This document shows positions 47,847-57,079 of a stretch of DNA of 64,000 bases, piece after piece. Under the pieces are notes generated by a model. That model searched no databases and was not told the DNA's origin. It saw nothing but the letters and a program-made list of their open reading frames with translations. The position numbers and the translations under genes are program-made. Numbering within the stretch: position 1 is the stretch's first letter; every line of letters starts with the position of its first letter. The DNA is taken from contig JBKAGP010000001.1 in NCBI GenBank assembly GCA_046290465.1, positions 5,504,001 through 5,568,000 on the forward strand, written 5' to 3'. This DNA comes from Planctomycetota bacterium. GTDB lineage: Bacteria; Planctomycetota; UBA1135; UBA2386.

Positions 47847-49271
47847 ATGAACCAGCTCTCCCTGTCCCTGATCGCCACCGCCGCCCTCGCCGCCGCCACC
47901 ACGGCCCAGGCGCCGACCTTCCTGCTGACCTACTCGCAGCCCGAGATGACCAACTCGGGCAGCGGCGGCACCGTGCTCGGCCAGCTGCTCCCCAACGAGA
48001 TCGCCTACGTCGACTTCACCGTGCCGTGTGCGCTCGCCTCGGCCGAGAAGTGGATGCCGCGCACCTGCACCCACGTGATGGCCGGCGACGAGGACGGCGA
48101 CGGCGTGCTCTTCGAGAACAACCTGCTCGGCCGCATCGACGCGCTGGTCACGACGGCCAACTGGACCTCGCCGGTCGGCGGCGACACCCAGCGTTCGATC
48201 TGCTACTCGCCGTCGCAGCCGATGGGCACCACGATCAGCGGCGGGCCCGGCCTGCGCCCCGGCGACATCGGCCGCATCGTGCGCGTCGGCGCCGCCGACG
48301 GCCAGGTGCAGCACTTCATCACGCAAGAACTGCTCAACAACGCGCTCGGCCTGCCGCCGGCCTACGCGATCGACATCGACGCCGCCGCGTTCCAGCCGAA
48401 CTACGGCCTGTTCTTCTCGGTCGACGCCGACGTGATCGCGATGACCATGTGCGGCCCGATGATGATCCGCGACGGCGACGTGCTGTGCCTGCCCGGCGGC
48501 ACGATGGGCTACACCAGCGACCTGCGCGTCGCCGCGACCACGCCCAACAGCGCGGTCGTCGTCTACAGCGAGGCGCAGATGAACGTCTTCACCGCCAACG
48601 CGCAGGTCACCGACCGGTTCGGCGCCTGCGTCACGACGGTCGGGGACGTCGAGTCGCTCGAGATGGACCTGTTCGGTCCGACGCTGACGCTGACGCCGTG
48701 CCCGGGCGTCACGGTGCCGGTCCCCAACCTCTACTACTCGTGCGAGAACGGCACCGGCGCCAGCCTGCTGCAGGTCGCCGGTGGCGGCAGCATCGTGCCG
48801 ACCCCGTGCGGCCTGGCCGGCACGCCGTGCTCGTCGGGCGGCCCGACCTTTGGGCCGCAGATGGGCGTGCGACCGCCGAGCACGACCACCGGTGTCGCCA
48901 GCTTCGTCAACGCCCTGGCCAACACGCGGGTCTGCACGCACACGCTCGAGCCGCAGCAGCACGTCGTGTTCAGCCCGGCCCCGCCGGTGCAGGTCGACTA
49001 CAACAACCCGTTCGTGCTCAGCCTGATCCTGATCGAGCTGGTCTCGCCGGTCGTGCCGGCCTCGGTCCCGGCGTTCCCGTTCTCGCCGACCTGCTTCCCC
49101 GGCCTCTACGCGCCGTCGATCATCTCGTGGACGCCGGTCGGCCCCGGCTTCGGCTCGTTCCCGACCCCGGCGTTCCCGGCCGCGTTCACCGGCAAGGTGC
49201 TGTTCCAGGGCGTCGGCTTCTCGACCGGCACGTTCGAGCTGAGCACGCCGGCGGTGATCGACGTGCTGTAG
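47847..49271 (+). CDS. Secreted Cys-containing hypothetical protein, tandem paralog 2
   Basis: Signal ending TTAQ; same blocks as paralog 1; ends GKVLFQGVGFSTGTFELSTPAVIDVL. Confidence 0.8.
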   Translation: MNQLSLSLIATAALAAATTAQAPTFLLTYSQPEMTNSGSGGTVLGQLLPNEIAYVDFTVPCALASAEKWMPRTCTHVMAGDEDGDGVLFENNLLGRIDALVTTANWTSPVGGDTQRSICYSPSQPMGTTISGGPGLRPGDIGRIVRVGAADGQVQHFITQELLNNALGLPPAYAIDIDAAAFQPNYGLFFSVDADVIAMTMCGPMMIRDGDVLCLPGGTMGYTSDLRVAATTPNSAVVVYSEAQMNVFTANAQVTDRFGACVTTVGDVESLEMDLFGPTLTLTPCPGVTVPVPNLYYSCENGTGASLLQVAGGGSIVPTPCGLAGTPCSSGGPTFGPQMGVRPPSTTTGVASFVNALANTRVCTHTLEPQQHVVFSPAPPVQVDYNNPFVLSLILIELVSPVVPASVPAFPFSPTCFPGLYAPSIISWTPVGPGFGSFPTPAFPAAFTGKVLFQGVGFSTGTFELSTPAVIDVL

Positions 49272-49422
49272 GCGAGCATGGGGCGCGGCCGGCAGCGGCC
49301 GCAGCGACGGACCAGCGGCCGCGCGCCCCGATCGGGGTGCGCGGCCGTTCGTCGTCGGCGGACGTGCCGGGAGTCGTCGGAGCGGGCTTGTCCGCGACCG
49401 GCCGAGCCTCCAGGCTCTGGCC

Positions 49423-50082
49423 GTGACCGACGCCGAGTTCGTTCCGTTCTCCGATCGCTACGTGCCGCCGGTGCCTCCGGAGGAGGCGCTGCGCACGTTC
49501 CACGAAGCGCTGCGGCGCCGCCGCAGCGTGCGCGAGTTCAGCGACCGGCCGGTGCCGCGCGAGACCATCGAGTGGCTGGTGCGCTGCGCGCACACCTCGC
49601 CGAGCGGCGCCAACAAGCAGCCGTGGCGGTTCGTCTGCGTGCAGGACCAGGCGGTCAAGCAGAAGATCCGCGAGGCGGCCGAGAAGGAGGAGCGCGAGTT
49701 CTACGAACGGCGCGCCAACGAGGAGTGGCTCGACGACCTGGCGCCGCTCGGCACCGACGACACCAAGGAGTTCCTGACGGTCGCGCCGTGGCTGGTGGTG
49801 GTGTTCCAGATGACCAAGGACGACGACGGCGGCCAGGTCTACTACCTCAAGGAGTCGGTCGGGCTGGCGTCGGGCATGTTCCTCGCAGCCGCGCAGCTCG
49901 CCGGCCTCGCGACGCTGACCCACACGCCGTCGCCGATGAAGTTCCTCGGCGACGTGCTCGGTCGGCCCGAGAGCGAACGTGCGTTCCTGCTGATCCCGGT
50001 CGGCTACCCGACGGACGACTGCAAGGTGCCCAAGAAGGCGCTGCAGCGGCGGCCGCTCGACGACGTGATGGTGGTGGTCTGA
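49423..50082 (+). CDS. Nitroreductase family, iodotyrosine deiodinase-like
   Basis: RRRSVREFS, SPSGANKQPW, AAEKEEREFY...WLDDLAPLGT, YYLKESVG, LTHTPSPM. Confidence 0.8.
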   Translation: MTDAEFVPFSDRYVPPVPPEEALRTFHEALRRRRSVREFSDRPVPRETIEWLVRCAHTSPSGANKQPWRFVCVQDQAVKQKIREAAEKEEREFYERRANEEWLDDLAPLGTDDTKEFLTVAPWLVVVFQMTKDDDGGQVYYLKESVGLASGMFLAAAQLAGLATLTHTPSPMKFLGDVLGRPESERAFLLIPVGYPTDDCKVPKKALQRRPLDDVMVVV

Positions 50083-50132
50083 CGGCGGGCCCCGCCGAGG
50101 TTCGCGCCCTCGGCTAGACTGAGGCTCGCCCC

Positions 50133-51518
50133 ATGCCCCACACCTCGAAGCTCGTCCGGGCCGCGGCCGTCGCCGCGCTCGCGTTTCCGCTCGCCGCCCA
50201 GAACGTCTGGACCCAGGTCGTCACCGCCAACGCGCCGAGCCGCGGCCTGTGGCCCGGCATGACGTTCGCCACCGCGACCGGCGCCTGCTACCTCTACGGC
50301 GGCGCGGGCGGCGGCACGACCAGCAACGAGACCTGGTCGTACGACGGAGTCGACTGGACCCTGCTGGCGACGACCGGCGATCCCGGCGAACGCCACACGT
50401 TCGGCATCTGCTACGACGAGGTCCGCAGCGTCGTGGTGATGTTCGGCGGCAGCGACAACAACTACGTGGCCAACGGCGAGACCTGGGAGTTCGATCCGCT
50501 GACCAGCACCTGGACCGACGCGACGCCGGCCGCCGGCCCCGGCCCGCAGGCGCGGTGGGGCTGCAAGCTCGCCTACGACATCAGCCGCAACGTCACCGTG
50601 CTGTACGGCGGCTGGTCGGGTGCGGGCTTCACCAACGACACCTGGGAGTGGGACGGCACCGCCTGGACCCAGGTGACGACCAACAACCTGCCGTCGCCGC
50701 GCGATCGCTTCGGCATGTGCTACGACCTCTTGCGCAGCCGGGTGGTGCTGTTCGGTGGCATCAGCAGCCAGGCCTCCGACGAGACCTGGGAATACGACGG
50801 GGCCGACTGGACGCTGGTGGCGACGGCGACGACGCCGCCCGCGCGGCAGAAGAACTACCTCGCCTACGACGTGCTGCGCGGCGTCAGCATCATGCAGGGC
50901 GGCCAGGCCAACGCGCAGCAGCTGCTCGACTGCTGGGAGTACGACGGTAGCAACTGGCGGCTGGTGCCGAGCACGCCGGCGCCGGCGCGCGGCGAAAACG
51001 CGACCTGCTACGACCTGCTGCGCGGGCGCGTGGTGGTGTTCGGTGGCTACAGCTTCAACGGCGTCAACACCGACACGTGGGAGTTTGCGCCGGCGACGAC
51101 GCCGCAGTTCACCAGCTACGGCGCCGGCTGCGTCGGTTCGGCCGGCGTGCCGAACCTCGCCGCGACCGGCGGCGTGCTGCCGGCGATCGGTGCCAACTTC
51201 GGCTTCACGATCGGCAACCTGCCGGCCGCCGGTGGCGCGGGCGTGCTCGCGGTCGGCGAGAGCAACTACCAGCTCGGCGCCCTGCCGCTGCCGTTCGACG
51301 CCGGCCTGATCGGCTGGACCGGCTGCACCGTCTACGTCGCGCCGATCGGCAGCGTCGGCTTCGTGCACCCGGCCGGGGTCGGCAGCGTGCCGCTGGCGAT
51401 CCCCAACGACCCGCTGCTGGCGGGCTTCACGTTCCACGCGCAGGCGGCGAGCCTCGATGCGACCGCGCCCAACGGCGCGGTGGCGCTCAGCGCGGCGGTC
51501 GAGGTGATCGTCAACTGA
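50133..51518 (+). CDS. Secreted Kelch-like repeat protein with shared C-terminal domain
   Basis: Six repeats of YD....V.FGG....ETWE.DG..W; then FTSYGAGCVGS...IPNDPLLAG...HAQA. Confidence 0.85.
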   Translation: MPHTSKLVRAAAVAALAFPLAAQNVWTQVVTANAPSRGLWPGMTFATATGACYLYGGAGGGTTSNETWSYDGVDWTLLATTGDPGERHTFGICYDEVRSVVVMFGGSDNNYVANGETWEFDPLTSTWTDATPAAGPGPQARWGCKLAYDISRNVTVLYGGWSGAGFTNDTWEWDGTAWTQVTTNNLPSPRDRFGMCYDLLRSRVVLFGGISSQASDETWEYDGADWTLVATATTPPARQKNYLAYDVLRGVSIMQGGQANAQQLLDCWEYDGSNWRLVPSTPAPARGENATCYDLLRGRVVVFGGYSFNGVNTDTWEFAPATTPQFTSYGAGCVGSAGVPNLAATGGVLPAIGANFGFTIGNLPAAGGAGVLAVGESNYQLGALPLPFDAGLIGWTGCTVYVAPIGSVGFVHPAGVGSVPLAIPNDPLLAGFTFHAQAASLDATAPNGAVALSAAVEVIVN

Positions 51519-51525
51519 ACGGCGC

Positions 51526-53001
51526 TCACAGGCTGGTCTGCTTCCACCTGCCGCGGCGGAACAGCACGACCGCCATCGCCGCGAACGCGCACTCCGAGAT
51601 CGGGATCGCCCAGAACACGCCGACCGGTCCCCAGTCGAGCCAGAACGCCAGCGCGCCGGCGAGCGGCAGCTGCAGCACCCACAGCGTCCAGAACGTGATC
51701 CACGTCGGCGTCTTGGTGTCGCCGGCGCCGTTGAACGCCTGCATCGCGACCATGCCCCAGGCGTAGAACACGTAGCCGGACGCGACGATGCGCAGCGTGT
51801 CGAGCGCGTAACCCTGCACCTCCTTGCCGCTGGCGAACGCGTTGACGATCGGCTCGGGGAACACCTCCATCACCACCGTGACGAAGGCCAGGAACAGCAT
51901 GTCGTAGAAGCCGGTCAGCCAGACGGCCTTCTCGGCGCGGTCGGGGCGGCCGGCGCCGAGGTTCTGGCCGACCAGGGTCGCCGCCGCGTTGCTCAGTCCC
52001 CAGGCCGGCAGCAGCGCGAACAGCAGGATGCGGATGCCGGTCGTGTAGCCGGCGCCGGCCTGCTCGCCGAAGCTGTTGACGAACTTGGTCAGGAACAGCC
52101 AGCTGCTGGTGCCGATCAGGAACTGGCCGATCGTGCCGAACGACAGCCTGGTCATCTGCCACATCGGCGCGAACTCGAACGACACCAGCCGGGGCAGGCG
52201 GATCCGGCCGTTGCCGCGGGTCAACAGCCAGAACTGGTAGAGCACCGCGACCGTGCGGCCGGTGCAGGTCGCGATCGCCGCGCCCTCGACGCCCAGCTGC
52301 GGGAACGGGCCCCAGCCGAAGATCAGGCACGGGTCGAGGATCAGGTTGAGGCCGTTGCTGACCGTCAGCACCTTGAGCGCCAGCATCGGGTCGCCGGCGC
52401 CGCGGAAGATCGCGTTCTGCAGGAACAGCAGCGTGATGATCACGGTGCTGGCCAAGGACCAGCGCGCGTAGCCGGAGCCGACGTCGAGCACGTTCTGGTT
52501 GCCGTCCGACATCAGCGCCAGCAGTTCGGGCGCGAACCAGGCGGCCGGCACGGCCAGCACGACGCCGACGAGCACGCCGAGGCCGATCGCCTGGCTGCCG
52601 GCCGCGGCGGCGCCGTCGAGGTCCTTCTCGCCGACGCGGCGCGCGACCATCGCGGTCACCGCCATGCCGAGACCGAACGCGATCGCGTAGACCAGCGACA
52701 GCACGCCCTCGGTCATGCCGATGGCCGCGACCGCGCCGCCGTCGGTCGGCACCGAGCCGAACCAGCCGTCGTCGATGCGGTTGACCCACCAGATGTCGAC
52801 CAGCGCGAACAGCGACTCGAGGCCCATCTCGAGCACCATCGGGACGGCCAGCAGCAGGATTGCGCTCGGCAGCGCCAGGCGCGTGTAGTCGTGCTGCTCG
52901 CCCCGCAGGCTGCCGATCACGTTGGCCCAGAAGGAGCGCTTCGCGATCGGGTCGTCGGGGTCGATGGGGGTGTCGGGATCGGGGGCTCTGGGGGCGCTCA
53001 A
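51526..53001 (-). CDS. MATE family efflux transporter
   Basis: LAVPMVLEM, FRGAGD, NLILDPCLIFG, AAATLVGQNLGAG, FNGAGDT; probable TTG start at 53001 after GGAGAG (start uncertain). Confidence 0.88.
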   Translation of the reverse strand: MSAPRAPDPDTPIDPDDPIAKRSFWANVIGSLRGEQHDYTRLALPSAILLLAVPMVLEMGLESLFALVDIWWVNRIDDGWFGSVPTDGGAVAAIGMTEGVLSLVYAIAFGLGMAVTAMVARRVGEKDLDGAAAAGSQAIGLGVLVGVVLAVPAAWFAPELLALMSDGNQNVLDVGSGYARWSLASTVIITLLFLQNAIFRGAGDPMLALKVLTVSNGLNLILDPCLIFGWGPFPQLGVEGAAIATCTGRTVAVLYQFWLLTRGNGRIRLPRLVSFEFAPMWQMTRLSFGTIGQFLIGTSSWLFLTKFVNSFGEQAGAGYTTGIRILLFALLPAWGLSNAAATLVGQNLGAGRPDRAEKAVWLTGFYDMLFLAFVTVVMEVFPEPIVNAFASGKEVQGYALDTLRIVASGYVFYAWGMVAMQAFNGAGDTKTPTWITFWTLWVLQLPLAGALAFWLDWGPVGVFWAIPISECAFAAMAVVLFRRGRWKQTSL

Positions 53002-53042
53002 GGGGGCTCTCCGCCGCGCAGCGGGTTCGCGGCCGCGGGAGC

Positions 53043-54254
53043 TTACCCGTGCTGCCGCCAGAACGTGTGCGACAACTGGCGCCCGGATCCGTTCGCGCGC
53101 GTCTGCTGGCGGATCCGTTCGCGGCTCCACAGGCCGAGCACGCCGATCGCCGTGCACATCAGGATCACAAGCGCGCGGCCGCGCGGATCGTGCGGTGGGT
53201 TCGGCTCGGCATGCTCGCCGGCGTGCGGTCGATCGAGTGCGTCGACGTCGATCGCGCGCAGCGTGGTGCAGCGGCTACGCTGCAGCGCCTGCCGGGTCCG
53301 CTGGCGCACGTCGGCGGCGGCGAGCGGCCACAGCTCGTGCACGGCGTCGCGGGCGGCGATCGTCGTCCACGGCAGATCGGGCGCCGCGGCGTCGACGATG
53401 CGCGGCAGCTCACCGGCAGCGTGCCGGCGGATCAGCGCGTCGATCGCGGTCAGCCGGACGTCGTCGTCGGCCAGCAGCAGCGAGCGCAGCGTGTCGACGT
53501 CGAGCTCGCGGTCGGCGCGGCCGAGCTGGCGGGCGGCCTCGTGCTGGTCGGGGTCGCGCGCCGCGAACGCGCGCAGCTGCAGCGCGGTGGGTTCGGCGTC
53601 GCCGTCGGCGACTGCCATCATCAGCAGCGCCAGCGGCAGCATCAGGCCGCCTTCGCTGCGGCCGCGCACGTGCACGGCGCCCTGGGCGCGCCACGCCAGC
53701 CAGGTGGCGTCGCCGCACATCATCGGGCAGATCCGCAGCAGCGTCGCGCGCGGGTCGCCCTCGATCATGCAGCCGCCGAGATGGCCGGCGAGCACCGGCA
53801 CCGCCAGCGAGCGCGGGGTCTCGAGCACGTCGGCCTCGAGCGCCTGCAGCAGCGCGTGCCAGCGCGACGGCAGTTCGAAGCCGGGCTGCACCGTCCATTG
53901 CTCGCGGCCGTTGCGTTCGCAGCGCCACAGCAGCGACGGACCGCCGTTCTCCGCGGTGAACGACGCGGTGCCGATCGCGACCGCGCCTGCCGGCACCTCG
54001 ACCTTGGTCGCGCCGACCGTGACGCCGGCGGCCGAGAACGTCAACGCCAGCGGGCCGTGCGGGTCGAGGCCGTCGGGCCACGACGGCAGCGTCGGCAGGA
54101 AGTCCTCGCACAGCCACGCGACGGCGGGCGTGCCGCCGCGGTGCTCGCTCGCCGCGATCGCGGCGTGCAGCCGGGGGCCCTGGGCGACCGTCGCCGCCGT
54201 CAGCGTGGCCGTCAGCAGCCACAGCCGCAGCACGCGGCTACTGGAAGCGCTCAT
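53043..54254 (-). CDS. Exported hypothetical protein with HEAT-like helices and C-terminal TM
   Basis: Signal ending TVAQ; DDDVRLTAIDAL; terminal hydrophobic helix; overlaps the upstream gene. Confidence 0.65.
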   Translation of the reverse strand: MSASSSRVLRLWLLTATLTAATVAQGPRLHAAIAASEHRGGTPAVAWLCEDFLPTLPSWPDGLDPHGPLALTFSAAGVTVGATKVEVPAGAVAIGTASFTAENGGPSLLWRCERNGREQWTVQPGFELPSRWHALLQALEADVLETPRSLAVPVLAGHLGGCMIEGDPRATLLRICPMMCGDATWLAWRAQGAVHVRGRSEGGLMLPLALLMMAVADGDAEPTALQLRAFAARDPDQHEAARQLGRADRELDVDTLRSLLLADDDVRLTAIDALIRRHAAGELPRIVDAAAPDLPWTTIAARDAVHELWPLAAADVRQRTRQALQRSRCTTLRAIDVDALDRPHAGEHAEPNPPHDPRGRALVILMCTAIGVLGLWSRERIRQQTRANGSGRQLSHTFWRQHG

Positions 54255-55536
54255 CCTCGAGCGCGGCGCCGTCGGCGGAGACCGCCTGTTGGTCGTCTTC
54301 CCAGCCCTCGGTGTCGTATTCCTCGCCCTCGTAGGCCTCGTCGTCGTACTGCTCGTCGACCTCCTGGTCGTCTTCGTACGCGCCCTGCTCGTCTTCGTAC
54401 GCCTCGTCGTCGTAGGCGCCGTCCTCGTAGCCGCCGTCGTCGTAGCTGTCCTGGTCCTCGAGGTACTCGTCGGAGGGCGCGACCAGCGCTGCGGCTGCCT
54501 GCGCATCGGCTTCGTGGGCGCGGCGGCGGGCGGCGCGGCGCAGCAGCCAGAGCATCACGATCAGCGCGACCGGGATCGCGCCGAACATCGCCTTGCTGGT
54601 CACGGGCTGGCCGTTCCACCAGTCCGCGGCGCGCGTGCCGAGCACCTTGGCGTTGTGGGTCGCGCGCTCGAGTTCGTCCTCGGGTGGGGCGGTGCCCTCG
54701 CCCTGCAGCTGGGCGATCGCGACCTCGAGCAGCGGTCGGAGTTCTTCGTCCTCCTTGGCGAGTCGGCCCTGCAGCGCGGTCGCCGACTTCGGGTCGCCGA
54801 GCTCGGTCAGGCGCGTGATCGCGTAGCGGCGCAGCAGCGTCTCCTTGTGGTCGAGCACGGCGACCAGCACGGTGGTCTCCTTGTCGGCGTCGAGCTTCGG
54901 CGACAGCGTCTGGAAGGTGTAGGTCAGCGCGTCGCCGCAGCCCTCGGGGTTGCCGTCGCCGACGCCGGCCGCGATGCGCAGCAGATGTTGCGAGGCGCCG
55001 AGGTCCGCCAGCGTCAGCAGCGCCAGCTTGACGTCGGTGGCGGTGCCCGCGGTCGCGTTGGTCGATTCGGTACGCACCAGCTGCAGCAGCGGGTCGATCG
55101 AGGCCGGCCGGCGGAGCTTGCCGAGCACCTTGACCGCCAGCGTGCGCACGCGTCGATCGAGGTCCTCGAGCGCGCCGATCGCGATCGACGTCGCCGACGC
55201 ATCGCCGTGCAGCAGGATGCCCTGCAGCGCCTGCAGGCGCGCTTCGGCGAACGGGCTCGACTCGATGATCGCCGGCAGCGCGGCGAGGTGCGCCGCGTTC
55301 TTGCTGTGGGCGAGCAGCCAGGCGGCGCGGGCGGCGATCGCCTCGTCGTCCCCGAGGGCGAGCTTGCCGAGCGCTGCGGCGTCGGCATATTCGCCGGCCT
55401 TCTCGAGCTGCGCGAGCTGCTCACGAGGGCCCTGTGGATCCTGCGCCGGCGCCACCTGCTCGACGGCAGGGGGCGCTTGTGCGGCAGGTTGTTGCGGCGA
55501 CACCAGCGACAGCAGGCACAGTTCGATCAGACCCAT
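54238..55536 (-). CDS. HEAT-repeat membrane protein with acidic Tyr-rich tail
   Basis: ARLQALQGI, RVRTLAVKVLG, LRRYAITRL; TM followed by RRAARRR; D/E/Y tail. Confidence 0.75.
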   Translation of the reverse strand: MGLIELCLLSLVSPQQPAAQAPPAVEQVAPAQDPQGPREQLAQLEKAGEYADAAALGKLALGDDEAIAARAAWLLAHSKNAAHLAALPAIIESSPFAEARLQALQGILLHGDASATSIAIGALEDLDRRVRTLAVKVLGKLRRPASIDPLLQLVRTESTNATAGTATDVKLALLTLADLGASQHLLRIAAGVGDGNPEGCGDALTYTFQTLSPKLDADKETTVLVAVLDHKETLLRRYAITRLTELGDPKSATALQGRLAKEDEELRPLLEVAIAQLQGEGTAPPEDELERATHNAKVLGTRAADWWNGQPVTSKAMFGAIPVALIVMLWLLRRAARRRAHEADAQAAAALVAPSDEYLEDQDSYDDGGYEDGAYDDEAYEDEQGAYEDDQEVDEQYDDEAYEGEEYDTEGWEDDQQAVSADGAALEDERFQ

Positions 55537-55640
55537 CGGCATCCTCTTGTCGGCCCTCATCGGCCGGAGTGGGGTGACTCCTGCAGTACAGATCCCGGTC
55601 AAGCCGGATCTGCGACCCCGTCGATATCCGGAGGGTCAAG

Positions 55641-57044
55641 ATGCCAAGCGCTGCCGACACGCACCTCGACCCTGCACCGCGACCGCGGCTCGGGGTCGAC
55701 AGCAAGCGGATGCTCGCACGCAACCTGGGTCTCGTGTTGGGACTCGGCGCGGTCGCGTACGCGTGCGGCCTGTCGCTTGCGACGAGCCTGCTGCTGGCAT
55801 CGTCGACGTGGCTGGCGATGTTCGTCGAACGGCTGGCCGTCACCCGCGAGGCCGGCGCCCGCATGCAGGTGGTCAGCGCGGCGGCGCAGACCGAGGGGCA
55901 GCGCGATGCGATCGCCCAGGTGATGTCGCTGGAGCTCGCCTACGAACGTTCGCGCTCGGTGCTCGAGGCGCTGCGCGAGGGCGTGCTGGTGGTCGACGAG
56001 GTCGGCGAAATCGTGCTGGCCAATCCGGCGGCGCGGCGCGCGATGGAGATGCCCGAGCGTGGCCCGGTCGGGCGGGTGCTCTGGGAGGCGCTGCCCGCCG
56101 AACTCGCCGGACGCGCGCGCGAGGCGTTCGACGCGCTGCAAGAACGACCGCGCCACCAGGACGAACTGCCGCAGATCCGCTACTCCGGCGTGCCGTGCTA
56201 CGACAGCGTCTACGACCTGACCGCGGTGCAGGCCAAGTCGCTGCGCACCGGCCAGGACTTCGGCATCGTGTTCCTGCTGGTCGACACGACCCGCACGCAC
56301 GAACTGCAGCGCATCAAGGACCGGTTCCTGTCGAACGTCAGCCACGAGCTGCGCACGCCGCTGACCAACATCTGCGCCTTCTCCGAGATCCTGTGCAACA
56401 TGCTGCCGGGCGAGTCGGTGGAGTGGCCCGAGTTCGTGCGCGTGATCCACGAACAGGGCATCGAGCTGAGCGAGCTGGTCGACGCGATGTTCGACTTCCT
56501 GCAGCTCGAGAGCGGCGAGGCCGAGTTCGTCAACGAGCCGGTCGACGGCGTCGGCTCGGTGCAGAAGGTGGTGGGCAAGCGCCAGTCGAAGGCGGATGCT
56601 CGCGGCATCACCCTGGAGGTCGTCGTCGACGAACACACGCCGACCCTGCACGCCGACCGGCGTCGCTTCGAACAGGTCGTGCGCCACCTGCTCGACAACG
56701 CGATCAAGTTCAGTCCGGAGAACGGCCACGTGCGGGTCACGGTGACGGCGCGCGACGAGGGCTTCGAGCTGCGCATCGAGGACAACGGGCCTGGCGTCGC
56801 GCCGGAGGATCGCGACGCGGTGTTCGAGAAGTTCAACCAGCTGCCCGACCAGATGACCGAGAAACCGTCCGGCACCGGCATCGGCCTCGCGACCAGCCGC
56901 GCGATCGTCGCGCGCTTCGGCGGCCTGATCTGGTGCGAGGGCTCGGAGTCCGGCGGCGCGTGCTTCGTGGTGCTGCTGCCCGCCAAGGACCAGCCGCGGC
57001 TGGCGGGCTTCGGCGCCGGGCTCGGCGCCGGCGGCGGCTTCTGA
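55641..57044 (+). CDS. PAS-domain sensor histidine kinase
   Basis: EGVLVVDEVGEIVLANPAA; SHELRTPL; LLDNAIKF; DNGPGV; GTGIGL. Confidence 0.92.
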   Translation: MPSAADTHLDPAPRPRLGVDSKRMLARNLGLVLGLGAVAYACGLSLATSLLLASSTWLAMFVERLAVTREAGARMQVVSAAAQTEGQRDAIAQVMSLELAYERSRSVLEALREGVLVVDEVGEIVLANPAARRAMEMPERGPVGRVLWEALPAELAGRAREAFDALQERPRHQDELPQIRYSGVPCYDSVYDLTAVQAKSLRTGQDFGIVFLLVDTTRTHELQRIKDRFLSNVSHELRTPLTNICAFSEILCNMLPGESVEWPEFVRVIHEQGIELSELVDAMFDFLQLESGEAEFVNEPVDGVGSVQKVVGKRQSKADARGITLEVVVDEHTPTLHADRRRFEQVVRHLLDNAIKFSPENGHVRVTVTARDEGFELRIEDNGPGVAPEDRDAVFEKFNQLPDQMTEKPSGTGIGLATSRAIVARFGGLIWCEGSESGGACFVVLLPAKDQPRLAGFGAGLGAGGGF

Positions 57045-57079
57045 GCGCGCGCGCCAGATCGGCGATTGCTCAGGATCGA

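Noticed and set aside
50300..51090. Regular repeats in the Kelch and FG-GAP genes as a DNA repeat array
   Set aside because: Explained by protein repeats with degenerate codons.
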